A DNA stretch of 64,000 nucleotides, from assembly GCA_051294375.1 (NCBI GenBank), contig CM119269.1, positions 894,272-958,271 of the forward strand, in the 5' to 3' direction. Each line of letters starts with the position of its first letter. The first letter of the stretch is position 1. Positions 51,661-63,230 of this stretch are shown piece after piece. Source of the DNA: Paraspadella gotoi. Lineage: Eukaryota; Animalia; Chaetognatha. The notes under the pieces are model-generated. The model was not told where the DNA came from and did not search any database. It worked only from the letters and a program-made list of their open reading frames with translations. Position numbers and translations under genes: made by a program.

Positions 51661-52243
51661 TCAACAATAGCAAGATTTCCGGACGCAAAAAACGGAACCG
51701 TTGCACCTAAAAGAAAACAAAAAATATTTAATAAAGTATCATAAATATATATAATGCATATGTTTCTTTCTTTCAAGTCATGGTCGATAACTATCAGTTA
51801 GCGTTACGAAGGTATTTTTGTGAGCGATAAAATTGTCTTGATCGTTGGGACATTCGTACCTGCACTCGCAACCCTGGGGACAGTGAACGTTAGTTCCAGT
51901 GCAGTCGCCCCTTACTTCGCGCTTTTGCATCGGCTCGTCCAGATGCTCAACATCAATCGATGCGGATTCGCTCACCTTTCCCAACAAAATAAATAATAAT
52001 AATGAATAAATAAAAAAATCAATAAAAATTCAATAAACAATTTTTTTCGCAAAGGTACGATGTCAACGTATAAATTTCTGTTTGTAATGTTGTATATTCG
52101 TCATTTGGATTGTGCTAGAACAACTAATTTCTAATTGGTTCGAGGCCTTTTTTGTTTAAAAAATATTTAATATTATTTTTTAAACTTACCTCAGACACAA
52201 TTACCAAAGCCAAGAGAAGGAACGCAAAACAATGAATCTTCAT
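51661..52243 (-). CDS. Secreted Cys-rich peptide precursor, 71 aa (toxin/defensin-like architecture). Exons 52190-52243, 51860-51975, 51661-51706
   Basis: Spliced product MKIHCFAFLLLALVIVSEVSESASIDVEHLDEPMQKR-EVRGDCTGTNVHCPQGCECRCNGSVFCVRKSCYC*: signal peptide, acidic propiece, KR site and a 34-aa mature part with 8 Cys. GT-AG junctions are in phase. Confidence 0.82.
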
Positions 52244-52392
52244 TTTTTTCTTCCTGTCCAATGAAACATACAAAACGGTTAAAAAAAAAATATTTCGGAA
52301 ATATTTCAAGATCATATTTACCTTGAATTTGTCTTCGAAGAGAAATTGATAAATGATAAAGTATCGAATGAGATTTTACTACAGGTATATTC

Positions 52393-52400
52393 TATTTATA
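52393..52400 (-). promoter_or_regulatory. TATA box of the Cys-rich peptide gene
   Basis: TATAAATA on the minus strand, an Inr-like TCATTC about 30 nt downstream, then a non-coding exon ending at a GTAAAT donor (52321). Confidence 0.6.
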
Positions 52401-53523
52401 GGTAGCAGCGTTGAAAGACTATATTGTTTTATTATTACCCGATAAGAGAAGTGGATTTCGTGAAGTTTCTCTTTTTCCAGATAAATTCTTACGACGCGTA
52501 AAAATCTGTTTTCTCGCGACATAGTTTGGGACGGGGAAAAGAATATCTAGGAGCACTCTTCTATCTTTATTAATTTATAAATCAATCCGTAATCAAAAAA
52601 TTGTTTGAATAGTATTTGAAGTTAAAAGTTGTTCTGTCTAATTACCTATAAATCTATCGATAACAATAGCGAGGTCGATAAAAGTATCTACCAAAATTCT
52701 GAACCCATGTAATTACTCATTGTCACAGATGAGCACGAGAGCATCACTTGAAAAACAATTAGAAATATCATATCATCAGCTTGCAAAAAAACAAAACTGG
52801 TATTTTAACAGATTTTATTTCCAAGCCACAATTAATGCCACCCACTAGAAACAAAGACAACAAAATCATTGTTTTATCTTTTTATGGCTACAGATTTTCC
52901 TTTAATTTATCTACGGAAGCTTAATGAAATTAGAAATTTAAAAATAATATATAATTGAACATTCACATATGCAAGAAGAATAAAAAAAAGAATAAAAAAA
53001 AAGCAATAAGTAACAATATTTTGTTACGAAAAAAAGCTAAGATTTAAATTCAAATTGATTCAAATTATAATATAAAATTGGCTGAACAAATTAAGCATAG
53101 AATATCTGTAGGGATAGGTGTCAACCATTTTAAACCTAAACTAATTAAACTTAGAAAAAGAAGTATCAAAAATCATTTTTTCCCAATTCCATTTACAGAA
53201 TCTGACTTTAAAGTATTGCTGTATTCTACTGCCTGAACCAATTAAAAAAGCAATATTTTTGCTAAATATTTTCTCAAAATTAAAAAAGAAATAGTGGTTT
53301 AACCAATTTCATAATGAAAATGAATAAAAAAAAAGAAGTAATACAAATTACAAATTATAAATTAGCTTTTACAAATATTTTTTATTATACAGAATTCACA
53401 TAAACAACTATCAAAACAGCATACTTGATCCACCTGCTGTATATCTAATTTCCATTAAATATGATTTTATCATATTTTAAAGTTTTTTTGAAAATCTGAA
53501 TCTAGATTCAGGCACTTTGTTCG

Positions 53524-56500
53524 TTAAAATTTCATCTTCAAGCTTCCACAACCAGAAGAGTAGGAAAGAAGAGCGAGGCTCGACATTCCGCGATCATAGG
53601 CCTCGTCGCGCCACCTCCCGCATTGACATTCCGCACCGGCTATTTCAAGGATTCCTTCTGATTTTTGCGCGATCCAGACTGTTGAGTAATTCTGAACAAA
53701 GGTCACTCTTGCCGAGAGGGAAAAGGGAATGAGAAAATTTAGTATAAATTTCTTGAATTTTTTTGGGGCCTTTTTGTTGTTTTGTTCTAATTTAAATAAT
53801 TAATGATATTAATCGCCCATGATATTGGCTACAACGTCAACCAGAGCTACATCCGTGATGCCGGGGCTTGGGCATCTTACCGGCAGCTGTTTTCGGCTTT
53901 TGACGCAGTGACCAATGAACATTTACTAACCCCATGTCAGTGGCGTGTTTAAATCGGAACCAACACACTTTACTTAGTGAGACATTTAGGGTATTATAAC
54001 AGAAGCGTCTGTTGAGTGTTTAGGATATCGCTATTATCGCTAGTTCGCCACACAACGCACTTAAGCGATTTTTGTCTTTTGTCCGTATTTTTTGCCATAC
54101 ATGGGGCTAAAAATATGTTAAAGATAATCGCTTTCCCTTTAAATAAACTCAAAATTTGACTGGTAACGAGACTTGCCTGACTGAATTTTTGCACAGATTC
54201 TCAACTTTTCCGAAGGCGCCTTCCAAGCTAAGTTTCCCAAGGACGAGCTGTTTTATTCTGTCGCATGGTTAGCTGTTATATATAATATATATTATGAATA
54301 TTATACCACTTCCTTGACAAGGTACTCTGGGGAGTGAATAAACGAGAATGTGAGAGAGGTCTTGATTGAAAGCTTGCAGGGACCTGCTTATGTCATTATC
54401 TTGTAAAGAGTGATGGGAGGCCTTAACCACTAAAGCCTGTCCAAAGTCAGGGGCAAGATAGCTTAATCTATTAAATGTATTGATAAATTTTTTATATTGG
54501 TTGTACCAATTTCATAAAATTCAAGCTCCTTGTATTTTTTGATGCTAGTTGCGGAAGTACAATAAGTATTCCCCAATCATAATACTTAAGGGAGTGGTCC
54601 TTTTCATACAATTGAAAACATACCTTTGAAATATTAAATACATGTGCCGGTATAATTCACACCGCCTCACGTCCACCCATCCGTCAGCCAAATCCATTGG
54701 CTCAGAGGGGGAAGCACACCATCCCAGGCGTAGTGTTCAATCCACAGTCCTAAAGACTTCCCTCTGCGTTGCAAAAGCGAGACGGTCCTAGGGTAAACCG
54801 CGCCAGTGACTGAGGGCGTCACTTGAGGGTCGGAAGCCGCCCAAGCCAACAGTGAGATTGCCCATCCAATGGGCAATCAAGGCAACCCGGCTGTTGCCAT
54901 AAGTGGTGAGCCCTACTATCGAACAGCACCTTCTCAGGGTACGCTACGACAAACGCCTATGCCCGCGCTCGGGGTACGCTACGCAACCTACCTGGTACTA
55001 CGACAAAAAAACGCCTATGCCCCACAACTCGCGCTCTCCTTCTCTTCTCCCACTTATTGGTAACAGTCTTGTCAGACACCTCTCAGGCTTGAGGAACCTG
55101 AGTGATGTCTTGGCCCGGGAATCCTGTGGCGTATATCACACCGCCTCACGTCCACCATCGTTCAGCCAATCCATGGCTCAGAGGGGGGAACACACCATCC
55201 CAGCGTATGTTTCACTTCCACAGTCCTAACGACTTCCCTCTGCGTTGGCAAAGCGAGACCGTCCAGGCGTAACCGCGCCAGTGACTGGAGGCGTCACTGA
55301 GGGTCGGAAGCCCCCAAAGCCAACAGTGAGTGCCCCATCCCATGGGCATCACAGGCCCAACTCCGGCTGTTGCCATAAGTGGTGAGCCCTACTATCGAAC
55401 ACTGCAACTTCTCAGGGTACGCTATGACATAACGCTATGCCCCTGGGGTAACGCTAACGACAAAAAAACGCCTATGCCCCCACAACTCGCGCTCTCTCTT
55501 CTCTCTCCACTATGGTAACAGTCTTGTCAGACACCTCTCAGGCTTGAGGAACCTGAGTGAATGTCTTGCCCGGGGATCCTGGTGGCGTATATTCACACCG
55601 CCTCACGTCCACCATCCGTCAGCCAAATCCATTGGCTCAGAGGGAACACACCATCCCAGGCGTAGTGTTTCATCCACAGTCCCTAAACGACTTCCCTCTG
55701 CGTTGGCGAAAGCGAGGACCGTCCTTATGGGTTACCGCGCCAGTGACTGGAGGCGTCACTGAGGGTCGGAAGCCCGCCAAAGCCAACAGTGGGAGATGCC
55801 CCATCCATGGGATCACAGGCAACCCGGCTGTTGCCATAAACCAACTTTCATTGATAAGGGAAACCAGGTAACTCTGGGAGTGAATAAAACGAGACTGTGA
55901 GAGAGTCTTGATTGAAAAGCTTGCACGGACCTGCTAATGTCATATACTTGTAAGAAGGCGCTTAAAACCACCTAAGGCCTGTACCAAAGTTAGGGGCAAA
56001 ATAGCTTATTTATTAAAATGAAGGATCATTTTATATTGGTTTGTACCAATTTCCATAGAGGAAATGAATTTCAACAAATGCTTTGGCAAATCCCACCACT
56101 TACATAGATTTTTTAAAAATTATAATACAAGAGCGTTAAAAAGCCGAATCTAATAATATATTAGTAATATATCAGTAGTAGTAGAGTATAGTATAGTAGT
56201 ATATCAGTTATATGATCCCCTATTTCTAGTTTATTATTTATCTCCAATTCTAAAAAAAAATAAATAACTATTCTACAACCTATATTTCTTGTTCCATCGA
56301 AACAATCGCCGACTCGAATTTTGTCTGAGTCCAAAAATTCTCCGTAGGAATTGGCTAAAATAAAAGAAAGAGATTGAATATTGATTTGTTTACCTATTCA
56401 CTTATCACCCTTTGATTATTATTTATTGTATTCTCCTTTAGCTATGATTAGTTGATATCATCTTATGAGAGTTGTTTGGTATCATGCAGGCTAACGTTTC

Positions 56501-57119
56501 GCTCCCTGACAAAAGTAACAAAATTGAATTTGGTCGGCTCACTCTATATGCGATCACTTATATAGGGGGAGGAAAGATGAGCTTGCAACGAGCAAAGCTC
56601 CAACTCATGTAGCCAAAAAAGGTGATCAAACCGACCCTGGATCGGGTCAGCCCTTACCCTTTGCTGACTTACCGTCGGGGTCGTCGAGGTCCTGACCCGC
56701 CTTCCTGGCCTGAATGAAGAATCCCATTAGGTCGACGCCACACTCGGTCGATTTAATTTGAATCTTGATTTCGGCCCCAGGTTCGATAGTTTTGTTGCTT
56801 GGGAGCACAACCACGAAAGGCAGCGGCGCCTGGCAGAACGAAAAGTTGGGTATTTTGGATTTCTATTAATTTTTAGATTACTTAACTATTGAATTCGATA
56901 ATTTTTTTTTTTAAAAGGAAAACGAGATTTTATAAAATTGAATTAAGGATAATTTGGTTGCCAAACGGTTACCGTTGAGCCGATGACATTTCGGTGCCCG
57001 GGTTTCATATCATGGCACAAAGCGGACATATCTCTGACGTTTTCCTTTTTTAGGCGATTGGAGTAGCTCGACGCCGACGCAAAGAAAGCCGCCACGCAGA
57101 GCGCAACGAAGCAACTCAT
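53524..57119 (-). CDS. Secreted Reeler-domain defence protein. Exons 56973-57119, 56673-56829, 56280-56354, 54177-54272, 53524-53707; exon 4 disrupted in this sequence
   Basis: Signal MSCFVALCVAAFFASASS followed by Reeler motifs CHDMKPGH, MGFFIQAR, GEF, C...N, WKAP and VTFVQNYSTVW in the expected order. Exon 4 has a TAA, a net 1-nt deficit and a GC donor. Confidence 0.8.
53857..53983 (-). mobile_element. Diverged partial copy of the SINE-like element at 13956-14140
   Basis: Shared blocks GATGCC..GGGG..GGCATC, ACCCCAT.TCA.TGGCGTGTTTA and CACACTTTA. Confidence 0.5.
54304..54516 (+). repeat. Dispersed repeat B, long copy left of the LTR array
   Basis: Aligns along its length with 55839-56057. 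Confidence 0.85.
54643..55838 (+). mobile_element. Tandem miniature LTR element (TRIM-like): LTR 54643-54901, internal, LTR 55125-55377, internal, LTR 55580-55838
   Basis: Three ~255-bp direct repeats separated by two ~200-220-bp non-coding spacers. Repeats have imperfect inverted termini TGTGGC...GCCATA, and each spacer starts AG-TGGTGAGCCC (PBS-like). Solo copies occur elsewhere in the window. Confidence 0.75.
55839..56057 (+). repeat. Dispersed repeat B abutting the right end of the LTR array
   Basis: Same sequence and right end as the other B copies. Confidence 0.85.
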
Positions 57120-57167
57120 GCTCGATGTTTTTTTTTATTAAGATCTAAAAGTTGAAAATTTGGAATC

Positions 57168-57413
57168 TATGGCAACAGCCGGGAGGCCTGTGATGCCCAA
57201 TGGGATGGGGCACCTCACTGTTGGCTTTGGGGGCTTCCGACCCTCAGTGACGCCTCCAGTCACTGGCGCGGTTACCCTTGGACGGTCTCGCTTTGCCAAC
57301 GCAGAGGGAAGTCGTTAGGACTGTGGAAGTGAACACAACGCTTGGGATGGTGTGTTCTCCCTCTGAGACAATGTGATTGGCTGAACAATGGTGGAGGTGG
57401 GGCGGTGTGAATA
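57168..57413 (-). mobile_element. Solo LTR-like copy just upstream of the Reeler start codon
   Basis: Reverse complement of the array unit, ending exactly at ...CCCGGCTGTTGCCATA; the first few LTR bases are missing. Confidence 0.8.
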
Positions 57414-58486
57414 ATATTCTAATAATATATATTATTATAATATAACTGAATATACCACCACAAACCAACGATTTTGTATATTTGTATATTTGTGTTGGTA
57501 TATTTATCAATATATCAATTTAAAAAAACATTGTTAAAAACGAGATGGTAAATAGAGTTCAAGCCTTGAGAAAGTCCGCAAAGCATACAGAGTTAGGAAT
57601 TAAAACTTATAATATTATTTAAATGGCTAGAGAATTTTAAATATTTTCTCAAAATTTTCATTAAAGAGCTTAAATCAAAGCCTCGTGTTTATTTTATCAT
57701 TGCTCCAAATATCATTAACTTATACTAGAAAATGAATTCACAGTGAGCCAGAAGTCGTAAAGTGTCAGTATCACTCTTGACATAGATTTTGAATTAATTA
57801 AGTACGTAAGGAAGTTGTTATAATTATGTTCAAACTATTACCCAAATATGTTTAATCTTTGCTTTCCTTCCTTTAGTTCCCTTAGTGTTACAGGCGGGTT
57901 AAGCGCCCCGTCCCTCTTAACTGCCAGACGATCACAGGGCAAGAACTCCGGACCTTTGGGTTGGGAGGCGAATGACTTGCCTCCGGCACTAATGGCCGCT
58001 GAGGAACGGTTGGTGGATTTTAGTCCACCATACCTATTATTCAGTTAAATTTAGATTAATTAATCTTCTACTATCAATATTCGAAGTTTTACATATGAAA
58101 AATAAATGTTTTTCAAAATCAATATGAATCTTCAAATGGATTTTAGGAATGTTTATGAAAATATTTGATCTTTAAATCTGAAAAGGACTCCGTTTTATTT
58201 CGAGACACTCCCTGAGAGAAACCTGAATCTGAGAGGAATCTGAGAGGAATCTGAATTTCAGGTTTTTGCGTCGAAAACAATTTTGATTTGAGGGATCTCT
58301 AGCTCTGTTTTTTTTCTACTTTAATATAGTATAGCAATTTAATATATAGTTACATTTTAGTAGCGTCAATACTCTATTAGTTTATGATAGCTTGTTGCTT
58401 TTATTTTTAATTATTTGTTTCACTCATTTTCCTCCGAAGACGGGTGACATCTTACGGATGTTCATTTGTTGTTTGTTGAAAAGATA

Positions 58487-59057
58487 CATGGTGACAATTT
58501 TACAAGCGCCGGTAGAAATACGCTGTCATTTGCAAACCAGTGGTTATTTCATTTATTTTATAAATTAGTGGAATAGAAAATACTAAAACCATTTATGTGT
58601 TAAAATTTTATATTGATCAGTTAAGATATGGCTTGACAATGAGCGGAGAAAGTTGGCTTTTCAAATGGGGTTTCATTTTCCAACTCACTGTTTTTAAATT
58701 CAATATTTTTTTTAACTTTTAAAACTTTTTAAACAAAGTAATTATTAAAATATTAACAATATTTATATCCTCAGAAAGCCCCTAAAAATATGAAGAATGT
58801 TATAATTACGAAAGCTTTAACATAAAACGTAAGCTGCCCAGCCTTGGTACAATTAAGAATATCAAAAATTAAAGACGATTTTCATATCCATCTTCCTGCT
58901 ATCATTGCTGAGGCATATCAAAGTCGATTCTTATAAAATTTGTATATATAAAATAGTTTGGGTTTTACTTTTAAATTCATATTTAACATTGCAAAAATCT
59001 TCATGGGTTTGCAAATGACAGCGTTTTTCTACCGGCGCTTGTATAATTGTCACCATG
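58487..59057. mobile_element. MITE, Tc1/mariner type
   Basis: About 52-bp near-perfect TIRs (CATGGTGACAATT.TACAAGCGCCGGTAGAAA.ACGCTGTCATTTGCAAACC), TA on both flanks, AT-rich non-coding interior. Confidence 0.9.
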
Positions 59058-59121
59058 TATGTGAGTGAAGAATTATACATAAGCTTTAAAGCAAAATTTC
59101 ATGGCTACCTTCTTTATGTTA

Positions 59122-59204
<83 letters not shown>

Positions 59205-60222
59205 CATGATTTACGCTTCATTCCCGTGACCCTCGCCTCTTTCTCTCTCTTCGCTTTCAACCATCGACTTTCCAGGTTCGGGTAGATTTAGGCAGGGGGG
59301 GGGTCGAGAGGGGAGTGAGGGGGTGGGGTAGGGCGGAAGCCATTGCATTTTGGATATGAAAAATTGTAAAGATTTTGAGTTAGAGGAAGAAATAAACTGT
59401 TATAACAAAAAAAAAAACAAAAAAAAAACCTCAATGTGTCTAGAGGTGAGTCTTTGAAAAAAACTGAATATCAATGAAATTGCTTTGTTTTTCACAACTT
59501 CTTCGACGTGTGAGGACTATCCTAGCTCTGCAGACTGAAGCCATCCCCGTTTTTGTATAATTCTGGCCATAACCGAGTCTAAAGTCTGATGACCAAAACT
59601 GGAGCGGATCTTCGCAAAGGACAAAGGTCTTTGCGGAATAGAAAAAAGGAATAAAAGATCAAGAAGAAAAAATTATTATTTATATCTCTGTTTTTATATT
59701 TTTTTTTTGGTGGTTATTTTTTTCAAGGTCAACCATGAAAAATCCTGATGTGATTTTAGATTAAAAAAAAAAAAAGAAGGAAATCAGTGATTTTTCCGCT
59801 CGTTAACTTAAAAGTCGTTAAGGAATAACGACGATGTTGCTGAGGCTTTAGTCGTCCGCAGAAAGAGCGCTTCGCCCGCCTTACAAAGTGAGGGGCGTGT
59901 AACGGGGTCGACTTCGGGACTGGACGGCCCCGGGATGTACGACGCTGCCCTCTCCAGTCTCCACGGATCACCCGTCGGGGTCGTGGATCAGTTATTGGGG
60001 TCAAAGGTCACTTATCCTCGGAAATGCGGAGGATCGCCCTAGCGGTTTTTCTAATTTTTTTTATAGAAATAATGGGATTATTAATGAATTACTAAAAAAA
60101 AAACCAGTTCTATAACATAATATAAATAATAATAAAGTTAATACAAACTTAGTCGCTTTTGAAAAAAATAATTCTGGCTCCTTCGAGAGATTTGTTTTAC
60201 GTATATTTTTGGTAACATAACA

Positions 60223-60391
60223 TATTACAAAGAATATTACAAAGAATATTACAGAGAATATGTCAAAGAATATTACAAAGAATATTACCGAGAATATTAC
60301 AGAGAATATGACAGAGAATATTACAATGAATATTACAGAGAATATTACAAAGAATATTAAAGAGAATATTACAAAGAATATTAAAGAGAAT
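60223..60391. repeat. 12-bp minisatellite (A[A/G]AGAATATTAC)
   Basis: About 14 tandem degenerate units. Confidence 0.9.
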
Positions 60392-60775
60392 ATGCTCAAC
60401 AAGGCGTTTTTACGCAAATTCATTTTCACAATTGAATTTTCAGTCTTAGGTTTCCAAGAACGGAATCGGTAGTGAAGAAATATCGGACGTGAAATTCTTT
60501 AGGTGAATAAAAAATTACGTTTCTTATCCCAAGATTGAATTTTAAAATGAAATTTGAGCCGCCAAAGCCATAAATTTTCTTTTCTTTTTTTTTTTTTGGA
60601 TTCGTCGTCGTTTTCGTCGTGGTCGTCGTCGTCGTCGTCGCCTTGGTCGTCTTATAAAGGATCGGGTCTCGTAGAGAAATCATTTGCAATCATCTTCTCG
60701 TATCTTGGGGAAGATCATCATTTAAGATCACGAGTTGGCACCGAGTTCGTTGGTGGCGGGTGGGGAGTGGGTAAG

Positions 60776-60831
<56 letters not shown>

Positions 60832-60912
60832 AAGAAAGAAAGAAGGAAAGAAAGAAAGAAAGAAGAAGAAGAAAGAAAGAAAAAAGAAAGAAAGAAAGAA
60901 GAAAGAAAGAAA

Positions 60913-61008
<96 letters not shown>

Positions 61009-62973
61009 AGAAAAAGAAAAAAGAAAGAAAGAAAAGAAAAGAAAAGAAAAGGAGAGTAAGAGAGAGCGAGAGAGAGCGAGAGTTATGAACAGAGACTGGA
61101 AAGTGCCGGGCTGGAGAAAAGGAAGGAGAGAGAAACGCGTGAAAAACGTTCAGAGGAAAATGGTATATGAGAGTGGCGAATGCGGAGTTTATGGGAAAAT
61201 GGTGAATCTGGGGAGATGGCAATATATTAAAGAAGAGAAATAAAAACAAAAAAGATCGGCGCGACATCGTGTAATAAATTATGAGAGCAAATGCCAAAGA
61301 AACCTATGATTAAAAATGTTTAACGATATGAAAACAAGTGAACAAGTGAATGAGGAGTAAGAAGTAAAACCAACAAAAAAAAGTAAATCACAACGAAAAA
61401 GATCTGAAGAAACGTGAGAAATAAAGAGAGAAAACTAGAGAAGTGAAACGAAGAGAACGAAACGATATCGAGGTGAAAGCGAAAGTGTGACGATTCGCGA
61501 GGACGTGAAAATCAGAGAATGTGAATCACGAGTGAGAAAAACAATGGATTCAGGAGTGAGGCCTTGCATTCCGCCGTTTCTCTTGCAGGACCGATAAAAC
61601 GGGGAATGAAATACGAGCGACGATTAGAGAGGCACAGATGGCGCTCTACCCCCGGGGGAAGGGGGATTCTTCTCTTCTCCCTCTCAGCCTCTTACTTTTT
61701 CCTTTTATATTATTTATTTGAAAAAATTAATATTTCCATCTTTTGCTAGGAACGTAGCTTTATTTGTCTTTGTAATCGACGACAGGACAAACCTTGGTTT
61801 TTTTTTTCTCTTTTAACTTCAATATATTGATTTTATTATTGACTTTATTGAATGTTTTGCTAGTATTAATTTATCGGCGGTGGCGAGCGACGCCGTAGGG
61901 GGAGACGGCTCAACGTCCGACGATTGGGAATGAAAATATCTTAGTTCAAGTTTCCCAAATTCGTAATCGGGAGTCGCGACGACGGATAATTGAAGAAGGA
62001 AAAGGGTTGGCCGAGGCAATCTGGGTTATTTTAGATAACGTTTGATTTGGAATTTTGTAAATTCTTCAGTTGCCTAAAGATTACGACGTCGAAACGGTTT
62101 TAAGACCGTTTATTTACCTTTTAACCGAAATTTTATTGTTTATTTTGATTGTTTACAACAATTTTGAAATGCTTTTATTTCCTCGCCTGTTTTTAACTTC
62201 GGTAAACAACTTTTGAAACCTCGATCGTCGCCATTTGTATAAAAAGTCTGAAAGCAGAGGCAACTTAAACAATTAATATACTCTCCTTATTACTCAACGT
62301 CCCCATAATTTCAATTTTGGACTTCTCCATCAAAGCCAATTTCAGTCAAACGGTTCCATCCCCGCCGACCATCTCCCCCTTTAATCTCCCACTTCACGAC
62401 TCCATCTAATCGGCCAACCAAGTTTCCTCTTTCTCCCACATCTTGAATATTCAGTTGTAATTTTTTCCTTCATCTCATTTTTCTTCGTCTTCCGGTTGAT
62501 TGTGTTTCGCCGATTAACTTTTTCTGTTTTGCTGGAAACAAAAAAAGAAGAAAAAAAAAAAGACGAAACACCTGCTCAGGTAATTTTTTTTTTCAGCGGC
62601 GTCTCCGCTTACGGACAGTGGATTCGTCGTTGTTGTTTTTTGTTTGTTTTTTTGTTTGTTTTTTTGCTTTAATCTTGTTCTTCATTATGAGATTTAATCG
62701 TACCGGCTACAGCGTTACAACTCTAATTTTGTCAAATCTCATTAAATACTATTGCATTAGCTTGTACTCGAAATTCTATTCCCTTTCGTTCGTTATTTTT
62801 CTCGAAGAAAGAATAAACTTCATTTATTTTGCCCGACTAAAATTATTATTATTATTACAGACATATTTTGAATAATTTTTTGTTGTTTTTTTTCAGTGGG
62901 ATTAAATTCAAAACGCTAAACCCTTTTAATTTTTATTCAATTTGCTTGGTCATTGGTCAACCCATAACATTTT

Positions 62974-63194
62974 TCAAAGTTTTTCCCCATGGACGATCAA
63001 GTATTCGTACTCCCAGCTGGGTCTCCTTTTCTCGTCATCTTCGTCAAACGAGCGGCATTCCTTCTCGAATTCCTCGACGAGGTCGTCCATCAACTCTTCC
63101 TTCAGCTCTGGGGGAACATGGCGAATGAGAGGACTCAGCGTAGTCAGTGTCCCACGGAGCTCGAGGCGGTCGGAGAAGACGTAACAATTACTGT

Positions 63195-63230
<36 letters not shown>

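Noticed and set aside
54643-55838. CRISPR-like repeat-spacer reading of the array, or of the minisatellites at 8560 and 60223
   Set aside because: Spacers are copies of each other, unit sizes are wrong, the context is eukaryotic and there are no cas genes.
57875-58000. tRNA/SINE-head-like or twister-like segment
   Set aside because: A and B boxes are very degenerate, there is no cloverleaf, twister core nucleotides are absent and it is a single copy in the window.
59520-60045. GC-richer blocks resembling exons
   Set aside because: No stop-free, phase-consistent model could be built on either strand.
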